Origin: Bacteroidales bacterium
GTDB taxonomy: Bacteria; Bacteroidota; Bacteroidia; Bacteroidales; WRLA01
Reading direction: 5' to 3'
Assembly: GCA_009777825.1 (NCBI GenBank)
Contig: WRLA01000001.1
Coordinates: 12,852 to 76,851, forward strand
Length of the DNA stretch: 64,000 nt
Shown: positions 35,617 to 44,850 of the stretch, piece after piece
Layout of the letters: the number at the start of each line of letters is the position of its first letter
Numbering within the stretch: position 1 is the stretch's first letter
The notes under the pieces: model-generated
Told to the model about the DNA's origin: nothing
Database searches by the model: none
The model's input: the letters and a program-made list of their open reading frames with translations, nothing else
Program-made: the position numbers and the translations under genes

Positions 35617-38364
35617 TCAATCATTAACTACTTTTGCCGTTTTTTCTCCCGACCGGATGATATACACTCCGCTGACCGACAGGGGAATATTTACCGTTTC
35701 GTCGGTCGCAACGCCTTGATACACAAGTTTTCCCAAGATGTCATACACGCGCCATGTTTCGCCGACGGTGAGTCCGCTGACGTATAGTATTCCGTTTCGG
35801 GTATATGCTTTCAGGGTGTTGGACTGCGAAATTTCGGCAATGCCTACGCCTATCGTAATGCTAAAATCCTGCGTATATTCTATGCCTATTCCCAAGCCAT
35901 TGGCAACGATGGCTCTGACAAGAGCGCTCCCCGCAGCGGTGATGTTTAACGTGTTGACGCCGCTGATATAAGCGCCGGAGCCTCCGGCGTCAATGACTTT
36001 CCAACCAATGTTTTTATAGGTAGCGTTTTCCGGTATAACTGTTCCGGTGAGGAGGAGTGGAACTTTTATCGTTGCTTCTGTGGGAACGTCTATGATGTCG
36101 GTTACGGCAACAAAGTCTTCCGGATTGATGCCGATTTTAAAATCTTTGATGTAGTCTATACCGATTCCTGTGCCGTTTTCGATGATTGCTCTGATGGTTG
36201 CTGTGCCTGTTTTTGTGGTGTTCAGGATATTGCCGTCGGTGATGGTGGCGCCGGTGCCTCCGCCATTCTGTACGCTCCAAACGATGGTTTGGTAGGTAGC
36301 GTCGCTGGGGATGACTGTTCCCGTGAGGGTGAGCGGAACGCCTACCGTAGTCCATTGCGGCACGTTGATAATATCCGTAACGGAAACAAAATCTTCCGGA
36401 TTTATGGCAATGATACAATCTTTAACGAAATCCACACCTAATCCGATGCCTTCTGCGATGGTTGCGGTGATAATTACTGTTCCTATCTCTATGGTATTCA
36501 GGATATTACCGCTGCTAAGCGTAGCGCCGGTGGTTCCTGCCGATTTAATGCCCCAGACGATGGCTTTGTTGGTGGCGTTGTCCGGAACAACCGTACCGGT
36601 GAGCGTGAGCGGTATTCCTACGGTAGTCTCTGTGGGTACATTGATGATGTCTGTTACCGACACAAAGTCTGCCGGATTTACCGCAATGTCAAAATATTGC
36701 TCGTAGTCTTCGCCCTTGCCCAAGCCGTTGGTGATGATGGCGCGGACAACTGCCGTACCTGTTCCGGTGGTATTGAGGGTATTGCCGCCGCTGAGGGTGG
36801 CGCCGGTAGTTCCTGCGTCCAGCAACTCCCATGCAAAGGTTTGGTAGGTGGCGTTGCCCGGAACGACCGTCCCCTTGAGGGTGAGCGGAACGCCTACCGT
36901 AGTCTTTTGAGGTACGTTGATGATCTCCGTTACGGGAATAAATGTGATGATAAGGGTGTCGCATTTTACTATGGTGGCGTCGTTTCCACCCTTTCCTTCG
37001 ATATCTGTCCAGTCGCCGGTGCCGAAAGAACTTTCTGAGGATTGTCCCATCGCAACAAACCCACCGTATATCTGGTCTGCCCAGATATAGTGATCATCAC
37101 CGCTTCCGCCAAAATTTTTTCTCCATTCCATATTACCCGCATTATCATATTTCACCATAATGGCATCGTTACCGCCTTTGCCCATAAAACCGATCCAGTC
37201 GCCGGTGTTGAAAGAACCGGCGCCAGAATATCCCACCGCAACATATCCGTCGGATAGCGCTGTTACTGCAGCATAGCGATCAACAGCATTACCGCCAAAA
37301 TTCTTTTTCCATACTACATTGCCGGCGTGGTCAAGTTTTACAATGATAGCGTCATCGCCGCCTTTTCCCGAAACGCCAGTCCAATCGCCATTGCCGAAAG
37401 AACCGGACTCAGAATACCCCGCTGCAACAACTCCGTCCGATACCGTTGTTACGGAAACAAGAAAATCTGCTCCATTCCCGCCGAAATTCTTTTTCCATAC
37501 CACATTGCCGTTGTTGTCATATTTTACAATAGTGGCGTCTCGACCGCCTTTTTCCGAGATGCCGGTCCAATCGCCATAGCCAACAGAATTGGAATACCCA
37601 GTCGCCACAACTCCGTCCGGCACTGCTGTTACCCATGTATAGGAATCCCAACCTTTTCCGCCCAAACTCTTTTTCCATACCACATTACCGTTGTGGTCAT
37701 ATTTAACAGCAATGGCATCGTGGGTTCCTTTTGCTGAGATGCCTGCCCAATCGCCATTACCGAAAGACGCAGATGCGGAATGTCCCACTGCAACAACCCC
37801 ATCCGATACAGTCGTTACTGCAAAATAGATGTCTTGACCATTTCCTCCAAAATTCTTTTTCCATACCACATCGCCGTTTCGGTCATATTTCACAATAATG
37901 GCGTCTTGCCCTCCTTTTCCCACAACTCCTTCCCAATCGCCGTTGCCGAAAGAATCGAAATCGGAGTATCCTACCGCAACATATCCATCGGATACAGTCG
38001 TTACTGCCCAATAGGCATCATCGCCGTTTCCGCCGAAATTCTTACACCATAGTACATCGCCCTGGATATAAGTTCCATAGCCATAGTTTACAATAATGGC
38101 GTCTCGACCGCCTTTCCCTGCAACATCTTCCCAATCGCCATTACCAAAGGATGCTTCATCAGAGTATCCCACCGCAACAAATCCATCGGCTTTTGACGTT
38201 GCCACAGTTACCGAAGCATAAAAATCATCACCATACCCACCAAAATTATTGTTCCATGCTACATGGTAATCCTGCGCGAAAACAGGTAACGATGAAAAAA
38301 GAAAAACCAGTCCCGTTAACATAACAGAGACTGCAATAAACCGTAATTTTTTAAATCGTTCCAT
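35617..38364 (-). CDS. T9SS cargo protein: 7 SBBP-type beta-propeller repeats, 4 Ig-like repeats and a T9SS C-terminal sorting domain
   Basis: Signal peptide ...SSLPVFA|Q. Seven ~60-aa repeats read NFGGNG.D.Y.AVTTVSDG.VAVGYS...SFGNGDW.G..GKGG.DAIIVKYD.NGNVVWKK. Four ~93-aa repeats read VTDIINVP..TTVG.PLTLTGTV.P..AT...I.W. The C-terminus is ILYVSGLTVGETWRVYDILGKLVYQG...GVYIIRSGEKTAKVV. Confidence 0.8.
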   Translation of the reverse strand: MERFKKLRFIAVSVMLTGLVFLFSSLPVFAQDYHVAWNNNFGGYGDDFYASVTVATSKADGFVAVGYSDEASFGNGDWEDVAGKGGRDAIIVNYGYGTYIQGDVLWCKNFGGNGDDAYWAVTTVSDGYVAVGYSDFDSFGNGDWEGVVGKGGQDAIIVKYDRNGDVVWKKNFGGNGQDIYFAVTTVSDGVVAVGHSASASFGNGDWAGISAKGTHDAIAVKYDHNGNVVWKKSLGGKGWDSYTWVTAVPDGVVATGYSNSVGYGDWTGISEKGGRDATIVKYDNNGNVVWKKNFGGNGADFLVSVTTVSDGVVAAGYSESGSFGNGDWTGVSGKGGDDAIIVKLDHAGNVVWKKNFGGNAVDRYAAVTALSDGYVAVGYSGAGSFNTGDWIGFMGKGGNDAIMVKYDNAGNMEWRKNFGGSGDDHYIWADQIYGGFVAMGQSSESSFGTGDWTDIEGKGGNDATIVKCDTLIITFIPVTEIINVPQKTTVGVPLTLKGTVVPGNATYQTFAWELLDAGTTGATLSGGNTLNTTGTGTAVVRAIITNGLGKGEDYEQYFDIAVNPADFVSVTDIINVPTETTVGIPLTLTGTVVPDNATNKAIVWGIKSAGTTGATLSSGNILNTIEIGTVIITATIAEGIGLGVDFVKDCIIAINPEDFVSVTDIINVPQWTTVGVPLTLTGTVIPSDATYQTIVWSVQNGGGTGATITDGNILNTTKTGTATIRAIIENGTGIGIDYIKDFKIGINPEDFVAVTDIIDVPTEATIKVPLLLTGTVIPENATYKNIGWKVIDAGGSGAYISGVNTLNITAAGSALVRAIVANGLGIGIEYTQDFSITIGVGIAEISQSNTLKAYTRNGILYVSGLTVGETWRVYDILGKLVYQGVATDETVNIPLSVSGVYIIRSGEKTAKVVND

Positions 38365-38413
38365 AACAATACTTTTTTTAATTAATACTTTTTTATTTTT
38401 AACTATTTCTATA

Positions 38414-38703
38414 TCAACTTAATAATAAACATTCATCCCACGTAGGTTCTACTTCATAACAATAAGTCAACAATGCTAACCCAATTCCCGCAATGCCATC
38501 AAGTGATCCATAAGAATTTATCCACCCTTCTTTTCCTTTCCACGTCTTATAGCCTACCAATCCGTCTGCAAAGATAGACATTTTTATTGTTTGGTCAAAC
38601 CAATAATCGGCGGCGTTTTTAAATTCGGGCATGCGAGTATTCCACACATGCATGGTAGAAAATATGGGCAATTCCTGCGGTGCCATGACACAGACCTGCA
38701 TCT
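38414..38703 (-). pseudogene. LanC-like lanthionine cyclase C-terminal remnant (5'-truncated, frameshifted)
   Basis: One frame gives AGLCHGTAGIAHIFYHACVEY... followed by a stop. The ORF frame continues ...FKNAADYWFDQT...GSLDGIAGIGLALLTY...W. The GLCHG.AG motif and the C-terminal G.aGIGLaLL motif are characteristic of LanC. Upstream the remnant abuts an M2 repeat. Confidence 0.5.
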
Positions 38704-38731
38704 TTTACAAAGAAAATAAGGTTTTGTATTA

Positions 38732-38765
38732 CTCTGTATTGCTTCACTTCGTTCGCAATGACGGG
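38732..38765. repeat. M2 repeat module (ctctgtattgcttcacttcgttcgcaatgacggg)
   Basis: Reverse complement of 63719-63755, with 2-3 differences. Confidence 0.7.
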
Positions 38766-38840
38766 ACGGGGCAATTTTGTCATATACCCTTAAAAAAGCT
38801 GTTTGCAAAAATCGGGATAGACTTTACTGTAAACCTCAGT

Positions 38841-40982
38841 CTAATCCTCTTCCTTCTGCTGCGCAGCGTATTCTTCGAGCAGTTTGGTTTGAACGTCGCC
38901 CGGTACTTGCGCGTATTGTGCAAATTCCAATGAGTACATGGCGCGTCCGCTGGTGATCGAACTCAGGGAGGTGGAGTAGCGGTTCATCTCTGCGAGAGGC
39001 ACTTGCGCTTTGATTTTCTGATAGTTACCTTCGGAGTCCATTCCCATGATGACGGCTCTGCGTCCTTGCAGGTCGGTCATCACGTCGCCCATCTTATCTT
39101 CGGGAACTAACACTTCTACGTTGTAGATGGGTTCGAGAATCTTGGGCGCTGCGTCTTGGAACGACATGCGGAAGGCGTTACGTCCGGCTAATTTGAAAGC
39201 CATTTCGTTGGAGTCAACGGGGTGCATTTTGCCGTCGTAGATATAGACGACCACGTCGCGGGCATAAGAGCCGGTCAGCGGTCCTTCTTCCATCTTTTCC
39301 ATGATGCCTTTGAGGATAGCGGGGATGAAACGGGCGTCAATGGCACCTCCGACGATGCAGTTGTTCAATACCAACTTTCCGCCCCATTCCAACGGATATT
39401 CGTCCGAGCCTCTGACGGGGAATTCTGTCGTCCACGACATGCCTTCCACGTAGGGTTCTATCATCATGTGGACTTCGCCGAACTGTCCGGCACCGCCCGA
39501 TTGTTTCTTATGGCGATACATGGCTTTTGCCTTTTTCGTAATCGTTTCGCGGTAAGGGATTTTCGGGGCAAAGTATTCGTATGCGACTTTTTCGAGGTTT
39601 TCTATTTGCCATTTCACGATGTTGAGGTGAAGTTCGCCTTGTCCGCCGACGATCATCTGTTTCAACTCTTTGGAGAGTTCGACGGTGAAAGTGGGGTCTA
39701 TGCGGTATTTGGCGACTAAGGCGGCGTTCAGTTTTTCATCGTCGGTAGAGTTTTTGGCTTTCACTGCCATGAGGATTTTGGGGGCAGGGAAGGCAATCGG
39801 TTCTACGATGTCTTCCGTATTTTTCACGCCGGAGATGGTGGTGTTGGTCTTGGAGTTTTTCAGTTTGATGGTTCCTGCGATGTCGCCGGCGACGGCTTTG
39901 TCCATCTTTTCACGGTTTTTCCCGTAAACGGCGTAAAGTTGGGTGATACGTTCTTTGGTATCAGTGGTGGAGTTGTACATGTCGGCGCTTTCGGCGACTT
40001 CGCCGTCGAACACTTTGAAGAAAGAGACTTCGCCGAGATGTTGCTCCATCCCTGTTTTGAAAACAAACAGCACGGGCGGATTTTTGACGTCGCACTTCAA
40101 CTCTTTCCCTTTGGTGGTCTTTTTGAAATGCAAACTTGGGTCGTTAGGAGCAGGTACGGATGCGTTGATAAACTGCATCAGACGTGAAACGCCCATGTTG
40201 TGTTTGGCGTTGATGCAGAAAACGGGGAAGAACGTTCTGTTTATCAATCCTAACTTCATCCCTTTTGCTATTTGTTCTTCGGTCAGGGCGCCGTTTTCAA
40301 AGAATTGTTCCATCAATTCTTCGTCGGCAGACGCTAATTCTTCTATCATGGTGGCTTGCATCTCTTCTGCTTTCGCTTTCAGGTCGGCGGGGATGTCGAG
40401 GATTTCGGGTTTTCCGCCGTTTTCCGAATATTTCAACATTTTCATCATCAGCAGGTCAATGATGGCGTTGAAACTCAATCCGACATTTACCGGAAACTGG
40501 CACGGTGTAATGCCGGAGCCGAACTGGGCTTTCAGTTGGCGCAACGTCTCGTCAAAGTTGGACTTTTCGTGTTCTAAATGGTTGATGGCGAAGATGATAG
40601 GCGTTTCTAACTTGCTGGTATTCCGCCACGCAATTTCCGTTCCTACTTCCACGCCGTTTTGGGCATTTATGACCACAACGCCTGTCTCGATAACTTTCAG
40701 CGCTGCAATGACTTCGCCTACGAAGTCATCGAATCCGGGCGTGTCAATGATATTGATCTTCTTCCCTTCAAATTCGCTGTACATCACTGTTGATGAAACG
40801 GAGTTGCCGCGTTCCAATTCGATGTCTCTGTAATCGGAGACAGTGTTGCCGTCGTCAACGCTACCTCTTCTGTTGATAAGCCCGCCTTCAAATAACATGC
40901 TTTCCGCTAATGTCGTCTTTCCGGCTTTTGCACCGCCCACAAGGGCAATATTCCTAATCTCGCTTGTCTGATAAACTTTCAT
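38841..40982 (-). CDS. elongation factor G paralog (EF-G2-like translational GTPase)
   Basis: 713 aa. G1 is GGAKAGKTT (canonical EF-G has AHIDAGKTT), G3 is DTPGFDDF, and G4 is an NHLE variant (canonical NKMD). The five-domain length matches EF-G. Confidence 0.8.
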   Translation of the reverse strand: MKVYQTSEIRNIALVGGAKAGKTTLAESMLFEGGLINRRGSVDDGNTVSDYRDIELERGNSVSSTVMYSEFEGKKINIIDTPGFDDFVGEVIAALKVIETGVVVINAQNGVEVGTEIAWRNTSKLETPIIFAINHLEHEKSNFDETLRQLKAQFGSGITPCQFPVNVGLSFNAIIDLLMMKMLKYSENGGKPEILDIPADLKAKAEEMQATMIEELASADEELMEQFFENGALTEEQIAKGMKLGLINRTFFPVFCINAKHNMGVSRLMQFINASVPAPNDPSLHFKKTTKGKELKCDVKNPPVLFVFKTGMEQHLGEVSFFKVFDGEVAESADMYNSTTDTKERITQLYAVYGKNREKMDKAVAGDIAGTIKLKNSKTNTTISGVKNTEDIVEPIAFPAPKILMAVKAKNSTDDEKLNAALVAKYRIDPTFTVELSKELKQMIVGGQGELHLNIVKWQIENLEKVAYEYFAPKIPYRETITKKAKAMYRHKKQSGGAGQFGEVHMMIEPYVEGMSWTTEFPVRGSDEYPLEWGGKLVLNNCIVGGAIDARFIPAILKGIMEKMEEGPLTGSYARDVVVYIYDGKMHPVDSNEMAFKLAGRNAFRMSFQDAAPKILEPIYNVEVLVPEDKMGDVMTDLQGRRAVIMGMDSEGNYQKIKAQVPLAEMNRYSTSLSSITSGRAMYSLEFAQYAQVPGDVQTKLLEEYAAQQKEED

Positions 40983-41054
40983 GTCGTTCTAAAACTTATT
41001 TATTATGTATATTAATTTCTTATGTATTTCGATACCCCACAAAAAAATGGGGTG

Positions 41055-41062
41055 CAAAGATA
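41055..41062 (-). promoter_or_regulatory. -7 promoter box (TATCTTTG on minus strand)
   Basis: Lies about 73 nt upstream of the EF-G2-like ATG at 40982. Confidence 0.45.
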
Positions 41063-41137
41063 CGATTTTTAATTGAGAATTTCAATACTCTTTTTTTATG
41101 TAGAAAACTTCGAATAAAAAACAGCACACAAAGATTT

Positions 41138-42952
41138 TTACCCTTCCTCATCCGGTAGCGCATCAATCATTTTTCTGAGGTTTGATTCGGGATCAACGTC
41201 TTTGCAGAGCATCAGCAGGGCTTTTTTGGGGATGGTTTTGATGTTGAGGTACATCAGGGCGTCTAAGCAGTTGTTGAAGTAGAAGTCAACGTTGAAGCCG
41301 ATGGCTCGCGTGTGGAGCATGGAGATGTATTGGCGTATCAGGGTCGGTGTTACAAATTCAGGGTCAATGCTTTGAACGAAGGTGTCCAAGATGGCGAAGT
41401 CGCCGTTGGTAATCAGTTTAAATGTTTCCTTGTCGAAAGTTCGGATGAGTTTGAAGGTGGCTCGCTCTTTGTTTTTGGTGAGCGCTGCTAATTCGCGGTC
41501 GAAGTAGTTGACTTTGATAAATTCGATGGTGAGGGCTTTGGCGGCTTCGGAGAATTTTCCGGAGATGCTGACAGCGCCCAGCAAGTAGTCGGTTTTGGTG
41601 TTCATCATGGTGATGAGCAGTCCTTTCCAGAGAGCGAAGAGGGTGGAGTGTTTTTTCTGGTATTCGGCGATGATGAACGAGCGTCCTAATTCGAGGGTTC
41701 TGCTCATCATGGGTTTCATTTTGGGGTCGAAGTCGAAGAGGGTGCTGATATAAAACTCTCCGAGACCTCCGTGTCGTTCGAGGATTTCCCTGCCTATGCC
41801 GATGCGGTAGGAGCCGACGATTTTGTGCGCTTGGTCGTCCCACACAAAGAGTTGGTAGAAATATTCGTCGAAGGGGTCTGTGTCTAAGGGTTTATTGGTG
41901 CCTTCTCCTACTTCGCGGAAGGTGATTTCGCGCAGTCGGGCGATTTCGTACATGATGTTGGGCATCTGTGCCGGTTTGGAGCAGAACACGGTGTAGTTGG
42001 AGATGGTGATGAGGTTTTTATCGGGGTCGGAGCGTAGTTGTTCTATTTCCGAGAGTATGGCATCCGGGTCTGCCGGCGGGAGAATGGGCGCAGGTTTTTC
42101 GGGCGGAAGCAGCACGCTGGGTTCCAACTTTTTATAGGAGAGGCGCAGGGCGTAGGTATAAAGACGTAAGACTTTGCTGTATGTCTCCAAGTCGTGGTAG
42201 CGTTCCTGTTCTTTGACGGGGATGGGCAAGCCGATACGAAATTTGATGACGCTGTGGCGTTTGTTCAGGTATTCTCGCGGCAGGCGCAGCGTCCGAAGCG
42301 TCCAGTGTATCTTGCTCAACACATGGAATAATTTACTGTTGGAGCCGTGTACATAGACCGGCAGCACCGGGATTTTTACTTTTTTAACAAATCGCATAAT
42401 GGGTTGATTCCACGACCGGTCTTCGCAGTCAATAAGCCCTCTTTGCCATGTTGACACCTCTCCGGCTGGGAAAATAATCAACGGATGTCCCTCCTGTATG
42501 GCTTTAAAACACGCTCTAAGGTCTTTGATGCTGTTGAACGCACCGGGTTTTTCTTCAAAAGGGTTCACTTTGAGCCAGTAGTTGTCAATAACTTTCACTT
42601 TGCCCAATATAAAGTTTGCCACGACTTTGACGTCGGGACGCACCGATGCAATGATTTTGGTGAGTATCAAGCCCTCCGCCATGCCAAATGGATGGTTGGC
42701 AACTACAATAAAAGCGCCCTCCTTCGGAATACGGTTGATGTCGGAGATGGAACACTCGTAGTTCAACCCCGACTCCTGAATGATGCCGATAAGCGCATCA
42801 TAGCCTTTGAGGTTGGCTTTTTCAACCTTGTCGTATATCTTATTGCACTTTGAAAGCCCCAAAACGGATATCAACAGATTACAAATTGCTTTTCCTCCGA
42901 ATTTCAGGAGAAATTTGCTCTTTATCAAGTCATTAGCAGTAACTACAGGCAT
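41138..42952 (-). CDS. fused lysophospholipid (PlsC-type) acyltransferase and OlsB/GNAT-like N-acyltransferase (OlsF-like aminolipid synthase)
   Basis: 604 aa. The N-terminal half has VVANHPFGMAEG and IFPAGEVS acyltransferase blocks. The C-terminal half has EITFREVGEGT...DPFDEY..QLFVWD......IVGSYRIG, typical of the OlsB/hemolysin-like Acetyltransf_5 family. Confidence 0.65.
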   Translation of the reverse strand: MPVVTANDLIKSKFLLKFGGKAICNLLISVLGLSKCNKIYDKVEKANLKGYDALIGIIQESGLNYECSISDINRIPKEGAFIVVANHPFGMAEGLILTKIIASVRPDVKVVANFILGKVKVIDNYWLKVNPFEEKPGAFNSIKDLRACFKAIQEGHPLIIFPAGEVSTWQRGLIDCEDRSWNQPIMRFVKKVKIPVLPVYVHGSNSKLFHVLSKIHWTLRTLRLPREYLNKRHSVIKFRIGLPIPVKEQERYHDLETYSKVLRLYTYALRLSYKKLEPSVLLPPEKPAPILPPADPDAILSEIEQLRSDPDKNLITISNYTVFCSKPAQMPNIMYEIARLREITFREVGEGTNKPLDTDPFDEYFYQLFVWDDQAHKIVGSYRIGIGREILERHGGLGEFYISTLFDFDPKMKPMMSRTLELGRSFIIAEYQKKHSTLFALWKGLLITMMNTKTDYLLGAVSISGKFSEAAKALTIEFIKVNYFDRELAALTKNKERATFKLIRTFDKETFKLITNGDFAILDTFVQSIDPEFVTPTLIRQYISMLHTRAIGFNVDFYFNNCLDALMYLNIKTIPKKALLMLCKDVDPESNLRKMIDALPDEEG

Positions 42953-44844
42953 AAGTTTATTATTTTAATGATTCCTTCCTTGTCAAACCCACAATCTTTA
43001 TGTAATTGATTCAGAGTACCTTGTTCAATAAATTCGTCCGGTATTCCTAATCTGAAAATTTTTGCGTGGTACTCGTTTTTCACAGAGAACTCCATGACGG
43101 CGCTACCCAACCCGCCGATGATGGTTCCATCTTCGACGGTGATGATAGTCGTATATTTTTTACATATTTCGTGAAGTAACTCTTCGTCAATGGGTTTCAA
43201 AAAGCGCATGTCGTAGTGCGCAACGGCGATATTTTTTTGTTCTAACTCCTCGCACGCCGCTGCCGCGAAATTTCCCGGATGTCCGATGCTGACGATGGCG
43301 ATTTTGTCGCCGTCTCTCAGTTTTCGTCCTTTTCCGACGGGCAACTCTTCAAAAGGCTGTTTCCATTCTGACAGAACGCCGCGTCCGCGCGGATAACGGA
43401 TGGAGAAAGCGCCGTGTTTCCCCGTTTGGGCGGTAAACATCATGTTTCGCAACTCCACTTCGTTCATGGGCGCTGCGATGGTGATGTTGGGGATGGAGCG
43501 AAAATAGGCGAGGTCGAACGCCCCGTGATGCGTGGGACCGTCTTCACCGACAAGTCCGGCTCTGTCCAAACAAAATACCACCGGCAACTTTTGCAACGCC
43601 ACGTCGTGAATCACCTGATCGTAAGAGCGTTGCATAAACGACGAGTAGATATTGCAAAACGGGATTTTTCCGGCGGCAGCCAATCCCGCCGAGAAAGTTA
43701 CGGCGTGTTGTTCGGCGATGCCTACGTCGAAAGCGCGATCGGGAAGTTCCTGCATCATGATATTCAAAGAACATCCCGTTGGCATGGCGGGCGTGATGCC
43801 GATGATTTTCGGATTCTGTCGCGCTAACTCTACGATGGTGTGTCCGAAGACGTCCTGATATTTTGCGGGCATGTCGCCAGTCGTTTTTTCCAAGATACAT
43901 CCGGTAGTCATGTCGAACTTGTCCGGCGCATGGTACGAGATGGGGTTTTCCTCTGCCAAAGTCAATCCTTTTCCCTTTTTGGTAACAAGGTGAAGAATTT
44001 TCGTCCCCGGTATCTTTTTCATGGCTTGCAGGATGTTGACCATCGTCTTAATATCGTGTCCGTCCACCGGACCGAAATAACGCCAGTTCAACGCCTCAAA
44101 AAGATTGCTAAATCCTGTAACAGAAGATTTTAGTCCGCGCGTCAGTTGTCGTGTAATGGCGATGGTGTTTTTCCCGTACCGGCTTTTGCGCCGCATCATG
44201 TAGTTCCAGACTTTGTTTTTGAAACGGTTGTAAGTGGTTGAGGTAGTGATGGATAGCAGATATTCTTTGAACGCGCCCACGCCTTTGTCAATGGAGATGC
44301 CGTTGTCGTTGAGGATGATGAGCATGTTGGGTTTTAGTTCGCCGGCGTGATTCATGGCTTCGAACGCCATTCCGCCGGTCATGCTGCCGTCGCCGACGAC
44401 GGCGATGTTGTGCCGGTCTGTGTTTCCGTCCAGCACGTCTGCTATTGCCATTCCGAGCGCGGCGCTGATGGCGGTGGAGGCGTGTCCGGTGCCGAAGGCG
44501 TCGTAGGCGCTCTCGGTCATCTTGGGGAAACCGCTGATTCCTTTGTACTTCCGGTTGTTGTGAAAGTCTGACTTACGCCCGGTCAGGATTTTGTGGGCGT
44601 AAGCCTGATGTCCCACGTCCCATATCACGCGGTCGTCGGGCGTGTTGAAGACGTAGTGCAACGCCACCGCAATCTCGACTGCGCCCAAACTGGCGCCGAG
44701 ATGTCCCGAATTAGACGAAATCACTTCAATGATAAAACGTCGAATGTCATCGCATACCGCCCCCAACTGTTCAACAGAAAGCGCCCGAAGGTCTTCGGGA
44801 GAGTCTATCTGCGGGAGGTGGTGGTATGTGAGGGTTGAGGTCAT
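42943..44844 (-). CDS. dxs: 1-deoxy-D-xylulose-5-phosphate synthase
   Basis: 633 aa. Motifs are GHLGASLG, WDVGHQAYAHKILTGR, the GDGSMTGGMAFEA TPP motif, and GEDGPTHHG. Confidence 0.95.
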   Translation of the reverse strand: MTSTLTYHHLPQIDSPEDLRALSVEQLGAVCDDIRRFIIEVISSNSGHLGASLGAVEIAVALHYVFNTPDDRVIWDVGHQAYAHKILTGRKSDFHNNRKYKGISGFPKMTESAYDAFGTGHASTAISAALGMAIADVLDGNTDRHNIAVVGDGSMTGGMAFEAMNHAGELKPNMLIILNDNGISIDKGVGAFKEYLLSITTSTTYNRFKNKVWNYMMRRKSRYGKNTIAITRQLTRGLKSSVTGFSNLFEALNWRYFGPVDGHDIKTMVNILQAMKKIPGTKILHLVTKKGKGLTLAEENPISYHAPDKFDMTTGCILEKTTGDMPAKYQDVFGHTIVELARQNPKIIGITPAMPTGCSLNIMMQELPDRAFDVGIAEQHAVTFSAGLAAAGKIPFCNIYSSFMQRSYDQVIHDVALQKLPVVFCLDRAGLVGEDGPTHHGAFDLAYFRSIPNITIAAPMNEVELRNMMFTAQTGKHGAFSIRYPRGRGVLSEWKQPFEELPVGKGRKLRDGDKIAIVSIGHPGNFAAAACEELEQKNIAVAHYDMRFLKPIDEELLHEICKKYTTIITVEDGTIIGGLGSAVMEFSVKNEYHAKIFRLGIPDEFIEQGTLNQLHKDCGFDKEGIIKIINLCL

Positions 44845-44850
44845 ATTTTA

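Noticed and set aside
39943-40833. A 296-aa plus-strand ORF. Similar long antisense ORFs lie at 34991-35719, 49139-50307, 58382-59152 and 29143-29640.
   Set aside because: Each is antisense to a gene with strong family motifs (EF-G2-like, trkA, lpxC/lpxD, A2M, dapF).
40983-41054. A small hairpin (ccccatttttttgtgggg) in the 5' leader of the EF-G2-like gene, considered as a riboswitch or attenuator.
   Set aside because: It is a 5-bp stem only, with no recognisable riboswitch core, so the evidence is too weak.
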